Assembly: GCA_017935505.1 (NCBI GenBank) | Contig: JAGBHM010000027.1 | Span: 537 to 64,536 of the forward strand | Direction: 5' to 3' | DNA length: 64,000 nucleotides | Source of the DNA: Bacteroidales bacterium | GTDB lineage: Bacteria; Bacteroidota; Bacteroidia; Bacteroidales; UBA932 | Shown here: in pieces, positions 24,413-34,749 of the stretch | How positions within the stretch are numbered: position 1 is the first letter of the stretch | Layout of the letters: each line of letters opens with the position of its first letter | Translations under genes and position numbers: made by a program | The notes under the pieces: model-generated | What the model was told of the DNA's origin: nothing | Seen by the model: only the letters and a program-made list of their open reading frames with translations | Database searches by the model: none

Positions 24413-26026
24413 TTACTCCCCAAAGCTCGCCAGGGCCCTGTAGAGCTGCTCTATTTCTGAAGAATTGACCTCTATCCCTATTGAATCGTCTTCCTGTATT
24501 GCAAGTTGCGGTTCAATGGGGATTTTTCTGTTCACCGGCTTGCCATCCTTCCCCTTTTCCATTCTGCAGATCTCCACTAACCTGCACCCTTGAGGAAGAG
24601 TGAGCTCTCCGCACACCTTATTATGGAAATATGAGCCATATCCGGCATCAATATATATTGTAGTCCGTTGGGGTTGCTGGACATCTTCTTTAATCATAAA
24701 ATCGTACAGCAGGTCATTCAGTGGTGTAACTTTCAGTATTTGAGTAAGATAATATACAAGAATACCCACTATGAGGGTTGGGAAGAAGACCTCGTAGTGC
24801 CCTGTCATTTCGCTGATAAGTATAAAGCCTGTAAGGGGTGTCCTCACAACTGCTATAAAGAAAGCACTCATGCCAATAAGCATAAAGTATCCCGACAGAG
24901 TTCCGCTTGCCGGCACTTCCGTTGAGACAGTGAGCCATGAACCTGCAATGAGAAGCTGCAGATCGTAGAAGAGTTTTCCAAGCAGGCCTCCAATTGTCAT
25001 CATGGGAAGAAAAATGCCTCCCGGGTAGCCGCTCGAATGGGAGAGTATTGTGAATGCGGATACTATAATTATTATAAGTGTGAGGATGAGGATATTTATC
25101 AAAGATGTTAGGAGCGGATGTCCGGCGATGCCGGGATGGAGGTAGCTGTTTATTGTACTCTCTTTCACAAGAAATGTCTGGTCGCCTCCTATCATTCCTG
25201 TGAAGAATAGCCCTATTGTCCAAGTTACTGAGGCAAGAAGCAGATTGTGGAACAGTGCACTTCTGCCGCTTCTGGCATAGATAAGTTTTCCCTTTTCAAG
25301 CAGTGTGGAGAAGAATCGGCCCATGAGTGCAAAAAAAATTGCCATCGCAACAAAGAGGAGCATTAGCTGCCACTGGGGATTGGCCGGCATTGCAACTCCA
25401 ATGCTGTCGTAGATATTTCCCGGAGTGATGAATTTTGCAATTATACTGGCTGTGCCTCCTGCTAGAAGAGTGCATATCAGGGTAGTTGTGATTGTAACTT
25501 TCTGAAGCGACTCCATAATCAGAATGGAGGAGGAGAGTGGTGCCGTAAATGCTGCGGAGACTCCGGCTCCTGCACCGGCTGCTATAAGGTGCCTGTGTTT
25601 GCCTGGTGGAAGTTTCAATACAGATGCCGTAATGTATCCGGTAAGGGAGCCCATCTGCACACTTGTGCCCTCCCTGCCCAGCGAGAGACCTGAACACAAA
25701 CTGAATATACCGCCTGCAAATTTTACCAGGAGGTATGTGAATGGCTTGTCATATACTCTTCTGCCAAAGAGGAGTGCCTGAGTCTGAGGCAGTCCGCTTC
25801 CGCTTGCCTTCGGAAATCTCCTCACAATCCATCCTGTGGCCGACAGCATTATAAAAATTGTTGAAAATACGGCAAGATGGGCAATCAGCGGATTGCTATG
25901 GTTGAACAGATGTGGCCGCAGGGAGCAGATTGTGGCAACAGTATACCTGAAGGCCACACAGATGAGGCCCGACAATACTCCAACCAATATTGCGGCTATA
26001 TAAATTCCTGAACCGTGTACTCTCAT
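24413..26026 (-). CDS. ClC family chloride channel / H+-Cl- exchanger with a C-terminal TrkA-C-like domain
   Basis: ClC selectivity motifs GSGLPQ, GREGTSVQ and GGIFLPMM. Confidence 0.85.
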   Translation of the reverse strand: MRVHGSGIYIAAILVGVLSGLICVAFRYTVATICSLRPHLFNHSNPLIAHLAVFSTIFIMLSATGWIVRRFPKASGSGLPQTQALLFGRRVYDKPFTYLLVKFAGGIFSLCSGLSLGREGTSVQMGSLTGYITASVLKLPPGKHRHLIAAGAGAGVSAAFTAPLSSSILIMESLQKVTITTTLICTLLAGGTASIIAKFITPGNIYDSIGVAMPANPQWQLMLLFVAMAIFFALMGRFFSTLLEKGKLIYARSGRSALFHNLLLASVTWTIGLFFTGMIGGDQTFLVKESTINSYLHPGIAGHPLLTSLINILILTLIIIIVSAFTILSHSSGYPGGIFLPMMTIGGLLGKLFYDLQLLIAGSWLTVSTEVPASGTLSGYFMLIGMSAFFIAVVRTPLTGFILISEMTGHYEVFFPTLIVGILVYYLTQILKVTPLNDLLYDFMIKEDVQQPQRTTIYIDAGYGSYFHNKVCGELTLPQGCRLVEICRMEKGKDGKPVNRKIPIEPQLAIQEDDSIGIEVNSSEIEQLYRALASFGE

Positions 26027-26042
26027 ATGGCAAGTTTATGTA

Positions 26043-26081
26043 TAAAAACAGAAGACCGGCTCCATAGTTCTGAAGCCGGTC
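26043..26081 (-). terminator. Terminator at the end of the 6-gene minus-strand operon
   Basis: On the minus strand, GACCGGCT pairs with AGCCGGTC and is followed by TTCTGTTTTTA. Confidence 0.6.
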
Positions 26082-26117
26082 CTGATTGCGTTGGAAACGC
26101 CTTTATGGAAACACAAA

Positions 26118-28982
26118 TTATTTATTGTTTTGTGGCAAGTATACGTATGTTGAGAAGTTTTTCTGCTTCATGATGTTTTTGGCCAGTTTCTGGACATCCT
26201 TTGCAGTTATGCTCTCAATGATGTCTATTACAAACTGGTCTGCGCTTTTCGAACCTGTAAGTTCCGCTACAATGTGAGGAATTACAGATTTGTGAAGCTC
26301 CCTTCTCTCTTTGGCAAATTTGCTGAAGTAGAGTTTGATGCTATTGATGTTGTCATCTGTCGGGCCAACCTTTGCAAGTTGTTCTACAGCATCCCAAACA
26401 CATCCTACGAGCTCCTCCGCCATTTGAGCATTTGTATCAAAATCGATAGTATGCTTCATATACTCAGAAGGAACAGAGAAGAACTCCTCCTCCACCATGA
26501 TTGTGTAGCTGCCGCCTCTCTCTTCACGGATACTCTTGGTGTAGTATTCCCTCAAAAGGTATGTGAAGTATTTCGCGGTAATTATGTTACTGCTGTTATA
26601 TTTGAATGATGTAAATATCTCAGCTTTTACACTTGCTTTGCTGCCGAGAACTTCGGCATCATGGAATCTCAAATCTTTGATGCCCTCTTTCCAGTAGAGT
26701 TTCCTGTCTGCTGTTTTTGAAGGTACAGGCAAATCTGATGAGTTCATATTTGTGATGTACTTCTCAAAATATGGCAAGAGCTCATCAAGCGACATACCAT
26801 TACTCTCAAAGATGAAAGTTGTATTTGATATCTCTCCAAAATGTTTGTTGAACATTCCGTCAAGAGCCTCTTTGGTCAGTGCTTCGGCCTGCTCCTTAGT
26901 TATCCTCTCAAGCATAGGGGACTCCTTGTATGTGAGAGTTCTGCAGGTGTCGCTGAACTTTCTGCTGCCTGTCATCATAGAGGCATCCTTAACCAATCTT
27001 GCCTTATAATCGTTGAAGGCTTTAGCAGTTAATGAAGAATTGTTCACAGACAAATAGAGGGTTTTGAAAAATCTCTCTGCATCTTCTATATTGAAGCGTC
27101 CCTCCATGATATCATGCTCAGAAGTTAGTTCTCTCGACAGAAACATCTGGTTATCCGATATATATCTGTTGAAATCATTCTTATTGATACCATTTGGAGT
27201 GTAATTGGCGATACCCATGTTGAGCATGCGGGCATTCGGAAGATCCTCATCTGATACAACAGAGTACCCTCCTTTTCGGAATGAGTACATTCTCACCTCC
27301 TTGTCGGTGAGGGTTGGATTGTTTGTATAAAGAATCTTCACACCATTCTCCAGTGCAATCTCTTTTGCAGCAATCTCTTTACCAGTTGAACCATTGAATG
27401 TAACATCTTTAGCCTGTGAAGATATTGCTTTAGGGCTGAGTTTGGCATTGAATGCAAGTTCGTTCTTTGAAACATGTACATATTTTTCAAGAGGGGTATT
27501 CCTGAGCGAATCTATAATTGCATGCATCCTTTCATCACTGCTGAAAGTTTTGGTGTCGGACCCCGCAAATACGAGAACAATATTCTTGTATCCGAGATTT
27601 TTCTCCATAAACTCCTTGATATCTGCAACTGTAATCTTTTCAAGCTGTTCGCGCATAGATTTGTAGTATGCAGGGATGTCGTAAAGGGGAGTATTGCGGG
27701 TAAATGCCTCTACAGCCATATCCACATAATCCTCATTTTTGGCTTTCAGATCTTTCTTCTCCTCTTTACTAATTTTTGATCTTTTTGTGATTTTTGCATC
27801 TTTCAGTTCATCCTCTGCGAATCCATATCTGAGCATTCTCTCATATTCCATGAGGATACCGGTCATAGCCTGCTCCAGATTGTTGTTAAAAGGGAGGGCT
27901 GTAAGGCGGAAGTTTCTCCATGCATAGTATGTGTCGGCATTTGTAGGAATTACATTCTTGAACATAGGGGCAGTGCCTGAAGCATGTGCTGCACACCTTC
28001 CCGCCATCATATCTGTAATGAGATCAATAATCAGTTTCCCTTTTATAGATTCGACACTCTGCTTCTCTTCTGCATTTGGCAGTGGGTAGCGGACTACGAA
28101 TCTTGCGGAGATAGCTTTCAATTCAGGGTCGAGATATCTTCCAACTACAGGCTTTCCGTCTGCAGGCATAGGATAAGACTCCCTTACAGCAGCATCTGCC
28201 TTTGCAGCGGGTATATCTGCAAAGATTCTCTTGATTCTTTGCTCAATATCCTGTGGGTCTACATCTCCAACTACTACTACAGCTTGCAGATCAGGTCTGT
28301 ACCATTTTTTGTAGTAAGCGATAAGGGTATCTCTTGTAAAAGAGGTGATAATCTGTGGAAGACCTATAACCCTTCTTTTGGCAAAACGGCTGCCACTCTG
28401 TTCAAGTTCGTTTATGCCAAGGATCATACGTGTACGTGGATCATCGCCTCTACGCCACTCTTCCAATACTACACCTCTCTCTGCTTCAATCTCTTCAGGT
28501 TCACAAGAGATGAAAGAAGACCAGTCGTGGAGCATAAGAAGAACACTGTCGGTAATGGAACTTCTGAGCATCGGAACTGCCGAGATGTTGTAGACAGTTC
28601 TGTCCATTGCGGTGTAGGCATTGATGTTTGCACCAAATTTTACACCAATTTTGGCCATTGAATTCAAGAGCTCCTTACCAGGGAAGTTCTTGGTGCCGTT
28701 GAATGCCATATGCTCAAGGAAGTGGGCCAGACCGCGCTGCGAGTCGTTCTCCTGTAAAGATCCCACATTGTGGACAATATAGAATTCTGCACTTTTTGCC
28801 GGATTTGTGGCTTTACGGATATAGTATGTGAGGCCATTGTCGAGTTTTCCGGTCAGGAAATTCTTGTCAACAACAATTTTCTCAGCCCTCTCTGCAGTAT
28901 TACCCTTTTCTTGCGCAGAGAGCCCGAAGGCTCCCGCACAAATAATGAAAAGAGTGACTATGTTAAAAAATTTAAGATTCAT
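26118..28982 (-). CDS. M16 family (pitrilysin/insulinase-like) zinc peptidase, 954 aa, secreted
   Basis: Inverted zinc motif HFLEHMAFNGT (HxxEH). Signal peptide. Confidence 0.85.
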   Translation of the reverse strand: MNLKFFNIVTLFIICAGAFGLSAQEKGNTAERAEKIVVDKNFLTGKLDNGLTYYIRKATNPAKSAEFYIVHNVGSLQENDSQRGLAHFLEHMAFNGTKNFPGKELLNSMAKIGVKFGANINAYTAMDRTVYNISAVPMLRSSITDSVLLMLHDWSSFISCEPEEIEAERGVVLEEWRRGDDPRTRMILGINELEQSGSRFAKRRVIGLPQIITSFTRDTLIAYYKKWYRPDLQAVVVVGDVDPQDIEQRIKRIFADIPAAKADAAVRESYPMPADGKPVVGRYLDPELKAISARFVVRYPLPNAEEKQSVESIKGKLIIDLITDMMAGRCAAHASGTAPMFKNVIPTNADTYYAWRNFRLTALPFNNNLEQAMTGILMEYERMLRYGFAEDELKDAKITKRSKISKEEKKDLKAKNEDYVDMAVEAFTRNTPLYDIPAYYKSMREQLEKITVADIKEFMEKNLGYKNIVLVFAGSDTKTFSSDERMHAIIDSLRNTPLEKYVHVSKNELAFNAKLSPKAISSQAKDVTFNGSTGKEIAAKEIALENGVKILYTNNPTLTDKEVRMYSFRKGGYSVVSDEDLPNARMLNMGIANYTPNGINKNDFNRYISDNQMFLSRELTSEHDIMEGRFNIEDAERFFKTLYLSVNNSSLTAKAFNDYKARLVKDASMMTGSRKFSDTCRTLTYKESPMLERITKEQAEALTKEALDGMFNKHFGEISNTTFIFESNGMSLDELLPYFEKYITNMNSSDLPVPSKTADRKLYWKEGIKDLRFHDAEVLGSKASVKAEIFTSFKYNSSNIITAKYFTYLLREYYTKSIREERGGSYTIMVEEEFFSVPSEYMKHTIDFDTNAQMAEELVGCVWDAVEQLAKVGPTDDNINSIKLYFSKFAKERRELHKSVIPHIVAELTGSKSADQFVIDIIESITAKDVQKLAKNIMKQKNFSTYVYLPQNNK

Positions 28983-28983
28983 A

Positions 28984-31131
28984 TTATTTGAATTTTATAT
29001 CCATCTCATCAATGAGGTGTCCTGCATGACCATATTTCTCTATAACCCAGAGAACAAATCTTATATCCACACATACGGTTTTGAAATATTTCTCGTGGAA
29101 GTATACATCACCGCTCATGGACTCTCTGTTTCCGTCGAAAGCCAGGCCAATTATCTCTCCTTTGCCATTGATTACAGGGCTTCCTGAGTTACCACCTGTG
29201 ATATCGTTGTCGGTTAAGAAGTTTACATACAACTGACCCTTTTCGCCCCATCTGCCCCAATCTTTAGAAGCTATGAGAGCTTTCATTTTATCATTCACAT
29301 TAAACTCATAATTGTTTGGATCCTCCTTCTCTGTGTATCCGTTTATGGTTGTCTGGTAATGATATTCAATACCGTCAGCAGGTTTGATGCCGCCAACTGT
29401 ACCAAATGTAAAGCGCATGGTTGAGTTTGCATTAGGGTACTGAGGGATGCCTCTCTCTTCTCTTGATTCATACAATGCGCGTGCATATCTGGATGTAGAT
29501 TTGTTTGGACAATAACCGCATTTTTTCTCAAATCCTTCTGCCTCTTTATTGAAATTCAATATAGAGCAAGCCTGGAGATATTTGTTGAGAGGGTCGTTTG
29601 CAATCTCTTCAGCGGTACGAGGGGTTGAAAAATACTCTTCAGCCTCTTCTACAGTGCTCAGGAATGAGTTGTTGTAGATATAATCTGCAATTGCCTTACC
29701 ATCTTTGTTGAATTTGTTTATCCAACTTATCATAGTGTCTGAGCAATATTTAGGATCAATATTGTTCACAAACAAATTGAGCTGTTTGCCAAAAAGTTCA
29801 CGTTCTGTCTCAAGATCAAAACTCTGGAAATCCCTCTTGAGAGATGCAAGATACTTTTTCATAATAGGGTGATTCTTATCTATAGCTGCAATATTTTGTT
29901 TATTCATATCGCGCAGTACAGATAGAACACGTCTTGCATTGGTCAGCCATTCAGATGGAGAGTTGAAGACCTCTTTATACCAGGTTTTGTTCCTTACGTG
30001 CTCTTTATTCATGGTGTAAGCTTTTTCCATCTGACTGAAAAGCTCACCATGCTTTTCTTTCATATATTTTTCCTCTTCAGCCCTGATGTCGGCAACATCA
30101 TAACGGCGCAGACAGATATTCTCCCATTTGGCATAATCTGCATAGTTGCTTATTGTAAAATATTTGTCGGCATAAAGAAGTCTGATTTTAGGATCGTTGT
30201 CCATATGTTTCTTCCAGACATCCAATTTGCTTCTGCGTGCAGTTACGATAATAGGATTGGTAATATTCTCTTTCTCCCTGATCTCAAAAGATGAAGCATA
30301 TCTGTTTGTACGTCCAGGGTATCCCATAATCATTGAGTAATCATTAGGTTTTACACCCTTGGCGCTGATAGAAAGAGTTCTTTTTGGCTGCATAGGAATA
30401 TTTTCCGGAGAGTATTCTGCCGGTTTTCCATCCGGGCCGGTATAAACTCTGTAGAGAGCAAAGTCGCCTTTATGCTGTGGCCATCCCCAGTTGTCAGTTT
30501 CACCGCCAAATGCTCCGATAGAAGCAGGTGGAGCACCTACAAGTCTGATATCGCTGAACTCTTCGTAGAAGAACATATAATATTTTACACCATTCCACAT
30601 TGAGGCACATGATACCATATAATCGGTATTCTTGCTGTATCTGGTCTCTATTATACGGTATGTGCGTCTCATCATCATTCCTGTAAAACCTTGTTTTGCA
30701 AGGCTGTCCTTGATTGCTGAAACCTCATCTGTAACATCGAGAACTTTTCTCAGGAACTGTACTTTTTTACCTTTTATAGGTTTCTCATCCTTTGAGCTCA
30801 TTGCCCAAAAGCCCTCTTCAAGGTAGTTGTTTTCATTTGTGCTCAAAGCGTGGATATCTCCGTATGCACAGTGGTGGTTTGTGATAAGCAGTCCATTTTT
30901 GGAAATCATACTGCCTGTACAGCCAAAGTCCAGAGAGACAATGGCATTGGCAAGGGCATCACCGGTCTGCTCATTATAAATCTCATTTGATTTGAGTTTG
31001 AAGCCTTTCTTGACCATTTGAGGGTAGATATCCTTTTCAAAATGGTGCACCATCCACATTCCCTCATCAGCTTGGGAACAAACTGGCAGCAATAGTGCGA
31101 TCGCTGCCAGTATTATCATAAATCTTCTCAT
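28984..31131 (-). CDS. S46 family dipeptidyl-peptidase (DPP7/DPP11-like)
   Basis: Mature N-terminus ADEGMW, catalytic-His region LITNHHC, and catalytic Ser in GGNSGSPV. Confidence 0.85.
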   Translation of the reverse strand: MRRFMIILAAIALLLPVCSQADEGMWMVHHFEKDIYPQMVKKGFKLKSNEIYNEQTGDALANAIVSLDFGCTGSMISKNGLLITNHHCAYGDIHALSTNENNYLEEGFWAMSSKDEKPIKGKKVQFLRKVLDVTDEVSAIKDSLAKQGFTGMMMRRTYRIIETRYSKNTDYMVSCASMWNGVKYYMFFYEEFSDIRLVGAPPASIGAFGGETDNWGWPQHKGDFALYRVYTGPDGKPAEYSPENIPMQPKRTLSISAKGVKPNDYSMIMGYPGRTNRYASSFEIREKENITNPIIVTARRSKLDVWKKHMDNDPKIRLLYADKYFTISNYADYAKWENICLRRYDVADIRAEEEKYMKEKHGELFSQMEKAYTMNKEHVRNKTWYKEVFNSPSEWLTNARRVLSVLRDMNKQNIAAIDKNHPIMKKYLASLKRDFQSFDLETERELFGKQLNLFVNNIDPKYCSDTMISWINKFNKDGKAIADYIYNNSFLSTVEEAEEYFSTPRTAEEIANDPLNKYLQACSILNFNKEAEGFEKKCGYCPNKSTSRYARALYESREERGIPQYPNANSTMRFTFGTVGGIKPADGIEYHYQTTINGYTEKEDPNNYEFNVNDKMKALIASKDWGRWGEKGQLYVNFLTDNDITGGNSGSPVINGKGEIIGLAFDGNRESMSGDVYFHEKYFKTVCVDIRFVLWVIEKYGHAGHLIDEMDIKFK

Positions 31132-31144
31132 ATAAGATTTTTAA

Positions 31145-33085
31145 TTATAGGGTCTTGCCTTGGTTTTCAAATGACATTTTTGCCTCAACCTCCTGGGTAG
31201 TGCCATCCTTCATCATTACAGTCCATGTAGGGTTCTGGAGAACTTCCCAAATCTTGGCATCATCCAAAGTGTTTTTGTCATATGTTATCTGGAGAGCATA
31301 CTCCTCGTCTGCATTCAAAAGAGTTTTGAATCCAAGTACACCTTCAGTCATTGAAAGGTAAGAGATGAGGTATGGCAGGTTGCGTGATACAATAGGTTTG
31401 TCAATTGCAGGATAAACCATCTCATATACAGCTGAATTCTCTGTGCCATATTTCTCTACAGCCTTCTTGAATGTTCTGTTTACAGCATTCATCTGGCTCT
31501 CAAGGAACTCTCTGCGGGTAATTGTATCTACTTTATCCTCAAGTTTTACAAAAGCATAATCAACTTCAATAACTCTTGAACCGCCACCGTGAACAGGCAT
31601 TACAAGCTCTTTCATCTCAACCATCTCCTCAAGGAAATCTTCGTTGATCTCCTCATCAAGACCCATGTAAAGTCTTACAACGATAGGACAGTCATACTCT
31701 GTCTCAAGACCGAAATATTTTTTGCCGCTGCCTCTGAATTGAAGGCCAAGGTAGTTAGGGTCCATCTTGTCATGCATGTTCTCAGTTCTGATAGTAATGA
31801 CCTTAATCAAAGAATCTTGAGCCGACGGATGGTTGATCTTGAATTTGCTAGGAACATAAATAGCCTTTTGGATAGCATCAGGAGTAGTTTCTTCTGGGTT
31901 ATACCAGATATTTACTCTTGAATGTTTAACATATGTTTCTACACCATATGCTCCAGGAATCTTCTGAACCTGAGCAGAGAATGCTTTAGAACTTCCATAG
32001 CATTTTACTGAGCGCAATCCCTCAACTGTAAGTTTTTCGAGATTTGCATGTTTGCTCTCATCACCCCATCTCTCATCAATAGTAGGAAGCTCCACAGTTG
32101 TTCCCAAAAATACAGCTACAACGAAAAGAACCAAAGAGATAATGGCAGGAGCCCATCTGAGGTTTTTGTTACCGCTGAAGCTGAGTGCATTCTTGTTACA
32201 AGCAGAGATACACTCACCGCAAAGGGTACAATCAACACATTTAACCTTGTCAACAGATGCGATGTTGATAGAGTAAGGACATTTTTTAGTACAAAGTCCG
32301 CATTTGTTACACAATTCATCGTTTCTGCATACGCTCATTACAGGGAATACCTTTGATTTGCGGTAGATGATTTCAGACAAGTAGCCTGCAATACATACAA
32401 CAGCCAAAGGAATTACCCAGCTGATCTGGATGCCGCAAAGTACTAGAAGAAGGTATGCTCCAAAAATACATACGAAGGTGATTGTGAATTTGAAGATGTT
32501 GCTGGCTGCTCCAAGTGGACATATATATTTGCACCAGAACATTTTTATAAAGAAGCTGCCCAAAATGCAAATTGCAATTGAAATGCAAGCCATCCAAACT
32601 GTAAGTTCACCCTGGAATCCGGTTGCAAAAGCATAGTAAGGGTCGAAGTTCTTACAGAACAGCTCGGACTCAGACATTGTCATGTAGAAAATGGTGAAAA
32701 GGAGGATATATTTTACAGCTCTCAAAGCTTTGTCAGCGATAGACTCACTTACAATCACAACCTCTTTCAAGCCCATTTTTGCACGTAGTTTACCCAAAGA
32801 CTCCACAATTGTTCCAAGTGGACAGAAATATGCACAGAAGAGTCTGCTGAAGAGCACAACACCAATAGCAAGCACGAGACCCATCATAATTTGGGTAGCA
32901 GTCATGCTGCAGGCCATTGAACCCTGTACAAGGTATGTTCCGAAAGTCTGAAGACCTCCAAACGGGCAGTATGCCTCAGGGTCAAAAGTTTCATTTCCAA
33001 AAATCTTGAAAGCAAAAGCAATGATGAGCATTATAACACCCCATTGCAGAAGGTAACGTAACCAATTTTTCTTAAAATTTTTCAT
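31145..33085 (-). CDS. Membrane polyferredoxin (NapH/NosR-like 4Fe-4S binding protein) with a ~300-aa C-terminal extension
   Basis: Cys motifs CPFGG, CAYFCPLGT and CKYICPLGA in TM regions, plus two ferredoxin motifs CNKCGLCTKKCP and CVDCTLCGECISAC. Confidence 0.75.
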   Translation of the reverse strand: MKNFKKNWLRYLLQWGVIMLIIAFAFKIFGNETFDPEAYCPFGGLQTFGTYLVQGSMACSMTATQIMMGLVLAIGVVLFSRLFCAYFCPLGTIVESLGKLRAKMGLKEVVIVSESIADKALRAVKYILLFTIFYMTMSESELFCKNFDPYYAFATGFQGELTVWMACISIAICILGSFFIKMFWCKYICPLGAASNIFKFTITFVCIFGAYLLLVLCGIQISWVIPLAVVCIAGYLSEIIYRKSKVFPVMSVCRNDELCNKCGLCTKKCPYSINIASVDKVKCVDCTLCGECISACNKNALSFSGNKNLRWAPAIISLVLFVVAVFLGTTVELPTIDERWGDESKHANLEKLTVEGLRSVKCYGSSKAFSAQVQKIPGAYGVETYVKHSRVNIWYNPEETTPDAIQKAIYVPSKFKINHPSAQDSLIKVITIRTENMHDKMDPNYLGLQFRGSGKKYFGLETEYDCPIVVRLYMGLDEEINEDFLEEMVEMKELVMPVHGGGSRVIEVDYAFVKLEDKVDTITRREFLESQMNAVNRTFKKAVEKYGTENSAVYEMVYPAIDKPIVSRNLPYLISYLSMTEGVLGFKTLLNADEEYALQITYDKNTLDDAKIWEVLQNPTWTVMMKDGTTQEVEAKMSFENQGKTL

Positions 33086-33128
33086 CTCTTTAATATTATA
33101 ATTCTTGATAGTTATTTATTTCTTACCG

Positions 33129-34748
33129 TTAAAAATTGAATCCTACGCTTATTTTCATTGCATGACGGTTGTCTTCTACAAAGTGGTTCAGAATTTCGGT
33201 ATTTGCAGAAGAAACTTCCGGCATTGTAATTCCGTTGTACATATAATCAGCTTTAATCCATAGAGACATTCCTTTGTCTGCATTCAGTGTATGGCTATAT
33301 TTAATTGAGCCGCCAATATTATATCTCTCTGCAGTCTTGTAGAGGAAATCTGTCTCAACCAGATCTTTATGTACACTTATACTACCCGATTTGATAGGGT
33401 TTTTCTCAACAAGCATGCTTCCGTTTCCATCAGAAAATCCGCCCGAAATACCAATGATAAAATAACCATAATCCTTAATTGAAATACTCTTGTTTACATT
33501 TGCAAAATAGTTCCTCATGTAAATACTTTGATTGTATTCGGACGGATATAGTTTCTGAGTTTTAGTATCTTTACAAAATGCAAATCCCAAAGAAAAATCT
33601 ATATTCTGGAGATGCTCATCCTTTTTGATAAAGCCATGGTAGACAGCTCCTGCGCTCTCGCTTTGTGCGACATATCTTAAAACTTTACCATATTCATTGT
33701 ATTGCCACTGGTTGTTCTCACCCTCAATAGCCTCGTATACATTGCTTATATTGTACAATAGAGACTCCTTGTTGCTATAATTCAGATGGAGTGAATTTTC
33801 CATTTTTTGGCCATTGAATTTAATGATGCCATTATAGTTGTACTGCATCTCTTCTGTAACGGCATATCTTTTCTTCAATCCAAGATCCTCATATAGGTCA
33901 TGATTGCTGTGCAGAGCTGTGAACTGGTTGAAGAAACTGAATTTGCCAAATTTCAATTCAGCTTGAGCAGAACCTCCAAAGGTGTTTTTAATGTACATAC
34001 GCTCTTTTATCATTGTGTTGATAATGGTTGATGAGGTATACATAAAAAGACCATCCATGTAATAAAGATGAAGACCTGTAGCCTCTCCGTAATATTGGTA
34101 GTTCACATTCTCAACATTGTATTGATAATTCAGACCTAAGCCGACATTTACATGCTCAGATGCAAAGGTGTATGCAGGTGAAACATTCAAGTTAGAGAAG
34201 GTATTGCTGTTCCTTCCATCTTTTTTCTTTGCAGCAACTGCGTCTTCATAGTCGAATGTGATACCGAATGCACTCTTGTCTGAAACTTTGTATGCAATTC
34301 TCGCATTCAGTTTGTAAGACTCATTATGTACTTTTCCAGGTACATTTTCAAGCATAGGGGCAATAGTTCCGTTCTCATATACGGTACCGAGCCATGTCTG
34401 ATTCTCTTTGAATGTATAGCTGTAATCAAATCTGCCGTAGAAATAGAAATTGTTCAATCTGGTATACGATTTTGTGCCCAGACCGAGAACTGTAACAGAT
34501 TCTGCCTCATTGTAATTCTTGAAGCCATTGTCTTTATAATCGGCATAGCCATATACTGTTGAAATATTCTCATCGGCAACATTGAATACAAGGCCTGCGG
34601 CATTGTAGGACTGCAACCAAGGGGTCATGCTCTCAATTCTTTCAAACGAGTAATGGTTCTTCTGCGCCATTGCCTGTTTGTTGCCTGCTAATACGGCGAG
34701 GGCAACAAGCATTATTGATATATATTTTAATTTCATAATATTTATCAT
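33129..34748 (-). CDS. Predicted outer-membrane beta-barrel protein (unknown family)
   Basis: Signal peptide, alternating aromatic/polar beta-strand pattern, and a C-terminal ...KISVGFNF. Confidence 0.55.
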   Translation of the reverse strand: MINIMKLKYISIMLVALAVLAGNKQAMAQKNHYSFERIESMTPWLQSYNAAGLVFNVADENISTVYGYADYKDNGFKNYNEAESVTVLGLGTKSYTRLNNFYFYGRFDYSYTFKENQTWLGTVYENGTIAPMLENVPGKVHNESYKLNARIAYKVSDKSAFGITFDYEDAVAAKKKDGRNSNTFSNLNVSPAYTFASEHVNVGLGLNYQYNVENVNYQYYGEATGLHLYYMDGLFMYTSSTIINTMIKERMYIKNTFGGSAQAELKFGKFSFFNQFTALHSNHDLYEDLGLKKRYAVTEEMQYNYNGIIKFNGQKMENSLHLNYSNKESLLYNISNVYEAIEGENNQWQYNEYGKVLRYVAQSESAGAVYHGFIKKDEHLQNIDFSLGFAFCKDTKTQKLYPSEYNQSIYMRNYFANVNKSISIKDYGYFIIGISGGFSDGNGSMLVEKNPIKSGSISVHKDLVETDFLYKTAERYNIGGSIKYSHTLNADKGMSLWIKADYMYNGITMPEVSSANTEILNHFVEDNRHAMKISVGFNF

Positions 34749-34749
34749 A

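Noticed and set aside
27984-28661. 225-aa plus-strand ORF.
   Set aside because: It is antisense to the M16 peptidase (HxxEH motif on the minus strand). No start context or motif supports it.
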